Assembly (NCBI GenBank): GCA_963693365.1
Contig: CAVNZM010000002.1
Coordinates: 8,219,059 to 8,283,058 of the forward strand
DNA from: Amoebidium appalachense
Lineage: Eukaryota; Protista; Ichthyosporea
Length of the DNA: 64,000 nucleotides
Direction: 5' to 3'
Part shown: piece after piece, positions 43,704-64,000 of the stretch
Numbering within the stretch: the first letter of the stretch is position 1
How the letters are laid out: the number at the start of each line of letters is the position of its first letter
Notes under the pieces: generated by a model
Told to the model about the DNA's origin: nothing
Databases searched by the model: none
What the model saw: only the letters and a program-made list of their open reading frames with translations
Program-made: the position numbers and the translations under genes

Positions 43704-44654
43704 GCGGTCTAGGCTTCTGAAGTAAAGGCGTGTGTATCTCGTGATTCTTATGTTGGATATTTATGTATATACGTGGTAATTTATGTACATGATAATGCTC
43801 CATACACCGAGGTTGAGATTGTGTTTTTTGTGCAGGGCGCTGTGTGTGCGTGCATTTCGCATTTTGGTCTTTGGTTCCCAGTTTCTGTTCGGTTGCAGGC
43901 ATTTACCCGCCATCCCAATATCACTACTTTAGACTATTTGTTGAATAGCAAACGGTATGACATTTTCTATGCAATTTACTCTTGCATGGCTAATAATTTG
44001 ACAATTGTTGACCCCCGTAGCTGAGCTCACACATGTAGCTTTAGCAGCCTTACGGTAGCCTTATTCTCGTTTTTGGTATATCTCGTTGGATATCCGGCGA
44101 AGCTATTTCAGCGACTATCTCGTTGTGTCATATATCCATTCTTAGCCCTGTCTGATGCCCCGATCGAAATAAAATCCCTTATTTGAAAAAAAGTTAAATT
44201 AACTAATGTTGAGGGTGTGAGACGAAGCGAATCAAGTAGAACATGGATTTCTTATTAAAGTATTATACTACTCGGGACAATAATGGTTGCATTCAGAGTG
44301 TCTTTAGCCGTATAATTGGCCTTCATGCGTTTTGTTTTTACCGCAAGTGTAAGTGTATGAAAATGAGGCCTAGGGATGGATTATAACAGATAAGGTAAAC
44401 ATAGGTTGTAATGTTTTTCTGCCGCACGTTCGATGTGAAGGGTAGAGCTGAATACTGCCACATCGCCTATACACATGCAGAACTTAACGAGTTTGGGTTA
44501 AATATGTAACTGTGCACAAAAATGACGTGCCGGACTTGTAAATCTTATTGTTTGTATAATAAATCCATGTGGTAGTGCGGGCCGTTGATGGAGTGTAAAC
44601 CGTGGCATGCCCAAAGTTAGAGACTCCTCCCCCCCCCCCCCCCCCCCCCCCCGG

Positions 44655-44711
<57 letters not shown>

Positions 44712-44717
44712 CACACG

Positions 44718-44785
<68 letters not shown>

Positions 44786-44836
44786 GTCACCGTGGCACCG
44801 GAGATGACGGGGAGTTGGAAGGAGCGGACGGGAAGG

Positions 44837-44876
<40 letters not shown>

Positions 44877-45583
44877 CCACCCGACTCTGTGTTGACTGTT
44901 TGTGTCTCCATCGCATGCATACATTCCTCTATTCTCTGCTATTGTGTGAGTGAAGCTATGAATAAAAACACACGCACATTCTCTCCAACCCATTGGCAAC
45001 ATATCACGGGCATTCAATAATGATTGCCATGGCCGCTCAAAGTGTATTTGATTGACAATTGTGTGCACGTGTGCGATTCAAGGTTGAACGATTAAAGAAA
45101 TCCGGGTCGGGCCAGGCCCGAAAGCAATCTACGGTTTACGATGCCGAGATGTGCATCAATTGAACAGCAATTAAGCCTGACTCAAATTTAAAAGGACCAA
45201 TAAATCGGCCCCTTTAATCGTGAGCATGTCTGTCACGGACTGGCCCAAAAGTTCAACTTTAATTTACTGTTTGGTGATTGGTGGACTGGTGCATACCCCA
45301 CGACTATGGCAAATCGTGACGTCTATTCCAAATTATTTGCATGAAACCACTTTGCCGTATGCATGCATGGCACCGGGCCAACCGTGTTTTTATCCTACTC
45401 AGTTTCGATCATTAGGGTTGTGTTGTGTGTGTATTCAAACATGTACAAACAAATCACCAATATGGACTAGTGAAAGCAAATCATTGATACAATCATCTAT
45501 ACAAGAGTGGCATAATTAATTAACATTACAGATGATACATATGTGGTGGTCCTTCGAGTGGTGGTGGTGGTGGTGGTGGTGGT

Positions 45584-45641
<58 letters not shown>

Positions 45642-45886
45642 TCACGAATGTTAAAAACAAATATCGGCTCCTGCTCATTATGATCAAGTGGCTATGCAAC
45701 GTGTAACAGGGTTTTGGAATATGAAGACCGGCAGAAAGTGTATGGGCCAAAAGAAATGCATGCACACTTATGGGCAGACTTGCGGCCGAGACATCATTTT
45801 GCCCTCCCTCTCTCATTCTTTCTTGTGTACGTGCTTATGTGTCTATGTCTCTCCCTGTGTGTGTATGTTGTGTGTTTGTGTTTGTG

Positions 45887-45972
<86 letters not shown>

Positions 45973-46204
45973 ATGTGCGTGTGTGTGTGTCTATGCCCGT
46001 AAGTGTGCACATGTGTTTTCACACGTGTTGGTATGTATTGCCTGTGTGTCTGTTCGTGTGCTAGTGCGCGCGGACGCGTGCGTGAACATGCACCTTTAAT
46101 ATATCTTTGTGGTACTTGTGTCTATATACATTCGGAGTGCTTAGACACAAATGCATACATACATACATACATCCACACAACCAACACGTTCGCTCTAACA
46201 AACA

Positions 46205-58023
<11,819 letters not shown>

Positions 58024-58938
58024 GTTTAACCCAAGCAAACGAAGAAGTTGAAGTGGCTGGTTATCTTGTCAAAATCCCGAAGGTGGTGACTCGTGATGTC
58101 GACGAATTTTATCCAATGGGCATTTTTTTTTAAGATCAAGACCTCTTGAGCTAAGCGCGTCGAGCAGGTTCCGTAACGTGCGCCTGCACCTATACACACA
58201 AAACAGGCGGAACTAACTTCATGTCCTGGGCAAGAGAACGTAAGTTACCTCTTGTACTTGCACAAGCACATGGAATAAGATCTTGCTTGGCACGCACTCC
58301 TAAATATTGAAGCAAGGTGGATTTGCGGGGACCCTGCTATAAAACAAACAAAGAAGGACTGAACAGGCATCGAGTAGCATATGTGTAACTGTGTGTGTGT
58401 GTGCGCCCGCGCACGTGTGTGTGTATTTGTTTGTGTGCGCGTCTGTGTGTGTGTCATAGTATACGTATGCATGTGTGTGGTGGATGCGGGTTCAGGCGGG
58501 TGGGTGTGATGTCACCGATGATGGGTGGGTGTGGTTGGCTAGGTGGGTGGGTGGGTGGCCACTGGGCGGGTGGCGTGTGCGTGTGTGCTTGTGTGTGTTT
58601 CTGTAGGCTACAACTAGCAATAAAACACTTGGCAAAAGCCTAACTAAACAAGGAAAAAACCAACAGCCCGGGCCAGCCACTTGAAGGGGACTACAGTTAT
58701 CGTGCGTAGTCCGTTATTCAATGTCGTCAATTGCGGGTCATAACCCCAAAAGAAGAGGAAGTAAATCATTTGGTTGAGCTATGCTAATGTAGACTGATTT
58801 GGAGCGCCGGATCAGACTGGAAAAGACTGACAGGCCAGGGTTCGAAGTTACGAAAAAAAATTGGAATTTCCGATATTTGAAAACACAGCTCCGAAAATCG
58901 TCCTGGCCGAATCGAAACGCCCGACAGCCCCCCCTCCC

Positions 58939-58981
<43 letters not shown>

Positions 58982-60622
58982 CCCTGTACACCCCTCCCCC
59001 CGCCCCCCGGCCCCCGGGGGGAAGCTTCTCATGACTTCGCAGGTCTCATCATACACGGGGCATACACCACCCACACAAGCTGCACACGTACGTACGTGTC
59101 TACCTGTCCCTGTGCAGACCCTGACTACAACGCCAGCCTAGCACATGTACATGTTGTCACACCAAACAAATTTATGCCCACACCCACGCGCGCACACACA
59201 CGCACAGACACACAGACACACACACACACATTCACACACACACAGCCGTGACACCACATATGCATCATAGCCATGCATGGCCACATATGCCTGCACATGT
59301 ATATATAGGTTGCAGAACGCGGTTTGATTGGTCATTTGACCAGCTCAAATTGGCTGGTTCAGGGACCCAATCCGAATCGGGGAAGGCACAAATTGCGTTA
59401 ACTACTATTGAATACCTCTACTAGTAACATGATTCATTATCATGTTCATCAAATAAAAGAAAATGCGTGCACTAGGAAAAAATAAGGCCACGGACACAGT
59501 GACACACACAGGAACTAGATACATATGCACACATAGTATATATCCTCATATACACTGGCACTGCCGCACATATGTGTAAGAGGACGTGACCGTACGTATA
59601 TACGTAGACAAAATGTATATATATATTGTGCATTAATGCACTTCAAATTTCCCTTTTATTCCTTCAAAGCTTCAACTGCCAATACCAGTTTTTGAGTATG
59701 CATTATAATTACATTTTGATGCAATATAGGCACAGATAAGCATACCCTAGTTAACTGATGCGCGACGATTAATATTACGATTTTTGGTGGGCCTGCTCCG
59801 ACGGAGCATTCCGATCTTCGAAGAGGTTTTCCGAAACGGTCCTTCAATTTCAGGCCCTGTGACAGATATGATGATGCGCCATCGGAATTCCGAAATATAG
59901 CCAAATAAAGCTAATCTTAGATGAGTCCTCCAATGATATCTAGGTAGATGACGAAACAGGATAGATCACAAAGACACCAACAAACGGTGACAGCCGTGTC
60001 CCAGTCAGGCCGATTATGATATATCGATTCAGCAAAGGCGCAACACGGTGCACGCCCGTATGTGGCACGAACTGAACGTTCAGTTAGTGTATATTCTCAT
60101 ATGGTCATGCAATTTATGCATGTGTACAACACTCAGCTGACAATATATATAGCTCTAGAAAGTGCGAAGGCTATGTTGCAGCCCCAAGAGCCTCACCCTT
60201 GATCTAGATCTACTACTGTGTGATACCCGGGCCCTCCCAGGTCTGCCCGGGGGCCGGGGGCCTCTCGCTGCGCCACCTCCCCTCTTCCCCTCCCCTACAA
60301 CCTCCGAGCCCTTAAGCTTCACGACTCGGTTCGGGGGGAGAGGGGGGGAGGGGGGGGAGAGGGGGGGGGGGGGCCGGGGCCGGGGGGGGGGGGGGGGAGG
60401 GGGGGGGGGAAGCGGGGGGGAGGGCCCGGGGGAGCTCGAGGGGGGGGGGGAGAGGGAGGGGGGGGGGGGGGGGGGGGGGGGGCACTGACCCCTGTACATG
60501 TTGACTTGGGCTTAATTGAAATTATTATTGGCCTAGGGGGGTGGGCAGTAGTAAAATCAATATACTGAGGTCCCCCCTGGTGCCACACCCCCCCCCCCGG
60601 CCCCCCCCCCTTTATCCCTTCC

Positions 60623-60653
<31 letters not shown>

Positions 60654-60924
60654 GCACACATACACACACCCGGGGTGGAGCTAAGGGGGGGGGGAAACCC
60701 ACCTGCTCGAGGCCCGGGGAAGTGGGTCCTCCCCCCCCCCCCCCCCCCACCCACCCACCCCCCCACCCCACCCCGGCTCTTCCCAAGCTGCCCGCCCGGG
60801 TAGTGCCACCCCCCTCCGGATCCCTCCCTCCCCCCCCCCCCCCCCCCTCCCCCCCCCCTCCCGGGGAGGGGAGACCACCACCTCTTTGGGGTGGTATCCG
60901 GGTCCCCCCCCCTCCCCCCCCCCC

Positions 60925-61041
60925 CCCCACCTCGTTGGGGTGGTGCCCAAATCCCCCCCCCCCCCCCCCCCTCCCCACCTCGTTGGGGTGGTGCCCAAAT
61001 CCCCCCCCCCCCCCCCCTCCCCACCTCGTTGGGGTGGTGCC
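60925..61041. repeat. Tandem ccccacctcgttggggtggtgcc(caaat)+poly(C) x3
   Basis: Three copies separated by C runs. Confidence 0.85.
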
Positions 61042-61658
61042 TGGGTCCTCTCCCCCACGGAGCCCCCTGTCACAGAAAACTTTTGCACCGGGAAATTCTT
61101 GCACCACATTGTCTCCCTAGACTGTATAGAAAAGGCTACCTTTGTTCGAAATGGAGTTCTGTCTCAGTTCTGTTTTTCTAAATACTTTTCGCCCTCTTTA
61201 GGTGCTTAGGTGTTTCTCTGCACTAGGATTTCAGCACTATGCTGGATATCTTTGCATAATCGACTCCAGCTTCCACTTGCAATATCCCCCCCCCCCCCCC
61301 CCTCCCCCCTCCCCCCGTCACGTCGTAACGGGGGTTTAGGGGGAAATAAAGCTGACTTTCTTTGGCTGCCCCAAAAATGCTAGAAGCTCAACAAAAACAG
61401 ACGTTAGAAACGTATAACAAAGTCTGAACGCTAGCATGACCAATAAGCACAACAGCACCCAGTGAAAACCCGATCGACACAAAAATATAAATATTACATT
61501 AACTTCCAGTGCAAAAATTTCCGGGTGCAGAATCTCCTGTGAAACCCCCACCCCTTTGCGAGGGAGTCCGACGGCAAATACCAACTAGCCGCGGCTGCAC
61601 ACCCCTGATTTCATGATGGCTCGCCTACTCAAGGTTTCCTGTCCTCCACCCACCCCCT

Positions 61659-61689
<31 letters not shown>

Positions 61690-63381
61690 TTCCAATGGCA
61701 CCGCCATCACCTACATGTGCAGTCACCTCTTCCCTTCGTTTTGGCCAGTGCTTCGAATTTTGACAGGACCAGAGCTATCATGCAAAACATGTGCGTGCGT
61801 GTGTGCTTCTGCAACTTGTGTGCCATATAGGCTTGGGTGTGTGATGATGTGTCAGCATTTAAGGTGGGTGTGTTTTACTGCATGCGGCCCATGCTATCAT
61901 GATTCGACACTGCAAATCACTGTAGTGGCCACGGTGAAACTGTGAGTAAACGCCGTGTCACATGTGCATTTGTGTGGACACAATACACACGAATGTGGAA
62001 CAATATGGCATTTCAATGCGTGCTAGAGAACAGGGTGTGTATACATATGTGCATGTCACGGTGTGTGCGTCTGCGTGTTTGTCTGTGTGTGAGTGGACGT
62101 GTATGTATGCCATGTGACGTGTGCTTATTATGCCTGTGTAAACAGTTGCAATTGTGTGTGTGTATGTCAATGATTGAGAGTCTTCTTAAATTCCCTGGTG
62201 CAGACCTGCACGCGTTTGCCTACAGTACCGTGGCATGTGTGCTTGTATCATGAGTGATATGAGTGTGTGTGTCTGTTGTTGGTGATGCATGGCTTGCATG
62301 ATGGCGTATGATGCATGTATGATTTCCGCAAGACAGTTTACGCGCCCGGGGGGCAGGGGGAGGGGGGGGGGGGGGGGGGGGGGATATCATATTAGAGCGA
62401 GAGTTAAGGGGGGGGGGGGGGGGGGGGGGATAAGTGGAGCATGCAGAAAGAAGAAAAGGAATTCTGAACTTTAAGTGCTATGTGTGCGTGTGGGCAAATT
62501 TGAATCATTACATATGTGCCACCACAAAGATTGGCATCTACTACTAATGATAACCGTGCAGCAGTCTGTGAGCGTGCCCGAGAGCGTGCGTGCTCATGAT
62601 CATGCGTGTGTGTGCCTGCATGCGTGTATGTGCGTATGTGCGTGATACGTGTGCAGTGGGTGGCTGCATGCACGAAATATGGTTTTGTTTTTCTCCTGCA
62701 GCTATCTGTTTAACGTAATTGCACGGTGTATCTGTGGTGTGTGTGTGTGTGTGGAGTACGTGCGCTGGCAGCACCCGTGCATGACGCATGCGTGTGTACA
62801 TATGTGCGTGCTTGTGTGTGTGTGAAAGCCTGAATGATTTTGTGTGTGTGTGGGGGGGGGGGGGGAGGGGGGGAGGGGGGGGCGCGTGGGGGGGGGGATG
62901 GGGGGGGGGGGGGGGGGGGGGGGGAGGAGATGCCTAGCCCTGGCAGCAGGTCACAGAGCCCGATATCGATGATGTTAAATACTGTGATCATTAGTGGATA
63001 TAGAGAAAGTGCCAATAGCACCATTTTAAGTTTTCAGGTTGATTTCCAATATATGCATACATGATATCATGAGTCATTTTTGGGTTATCCCTCCGATCCC
63101 TGGCCATGGGTGGGTGTGGTCCCCCCCCCTTCTCCCCCCCCCCCCCCCCCCCCCCTCTCTCCTCCCCTCAAAAGTTAGGTTTGTGAATGATGGTTTAGCT
63201 TAGCTGAGCACGTAGATAGCACCCTATTAAACTAGTGTATTGTCGGTGCTGTGTGGTAGACGGTTCCCGCGCGAGGGCCTAAAAAGTCGGGTCTTCAGGG
63301 ATCCGGTGTAACAACTTGTGACGTGATAAAATAAAAATCAAAAAAAATTCTGCTAGAGGAGCCGGGCCCCGCGGGGGACGG

Positions 63382-63435
<54 letters not shown>

Positions 63436-64000
63436 ACCCGGCCACCAGGGGTTTCCCAAAGTTTTTTTTGGCGATTCCCGCCGGACGACTTTTCCCCCGC
63501 TACCTCTGACCTCCTCCGCAATAACATAACTCAAAACTAAAATTCGAGCCCTGGAGGGGAACATATTATGCGTTGCATTACATACCAAAGCGGTTATCGT
63601 GAACCAATCGGGCTCCTTTTGTCATCTACATAATATACATTACAGACGACAGGTCGGGACCGCAGCCTCGGTCAGAGATAACCAATTAAAACGATATTGT
63701 ACCTGCAGGTGGGTGTTTGCAGGTTCAGCATTTCTGTGAGTTAAGCACCCTCTTTATCTGCCCAGGAACTAGGTTTACTAAGATGTTCAAAGAATAATCA
63801 CGTCTATCACAACTCCTTTCCCTAACTTCATTAACGAGTGCTATGGTATGGATGACGAAAGGATTTCGAGCCCCGGAGGAATTCGCCAGGGAGCATCCAA
63901 ATGCCCTACGGTGGTGGTCCGACGACGCGGTCAACGTTTCTGCGCTTTTGAACTAAAACTCTTTATAAATAAAGAAACGAATTCAAAACATATCACCGAT

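Noticed and set aside
58790-64000. Possible exons or transposon ends near the right edge (58790-58925, 61330-61610, 62930-63025, 63586-63934)
   Set aside because: No phase-consistent exon chain, recognisable domain or matching terminal repeat was found within the window.

Overview
Eukaryotic, intron-dense genomic DNA with GT-AG introns packed with poly-G/poly-C, (CA)n and (GA)n tracts. Most ORFs in the supplied track are microsatellite artefacts. A metazoan-type tyrosine-kinase domain next to a fungal/plant-type TGL4/SDP1 lipase points to a unicellular holozoan (inference). Manual splicing gives: (1) a 15-exon patatin triacylglycerol lipase (+, 1062-13406) with an 8-nt microexon; (2) a secreted pectin-acetylesterase/Notum-family esterase (-, 16087-19772); (3, 4) a head-to-head pair of paralogues (-, 22895-33310; +, 36668-43431, pseudogene) encoding a ~1500-aa chain of apparently dead nucleotide-handling domains (NadD-like, P-loop kinase-like, APRT-like, capping/ligase-like, Zn ribbon, T4 Rnl1-like ligase) ending in an F-box and acidic tail; (5) a defective PAT-like DIRS retroelement with split direct repeats (33544-36522) inserted between their start codons; (6) a tyrosine pseudokinase (-, 46205 to about 58000). 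The strongest candidate for an undescribed system is the pseudoenzyme-array F-box pair, whose copies alternate near-identical and highly diverged blocks. All domain calls are by-eye motif recognition, not database results.
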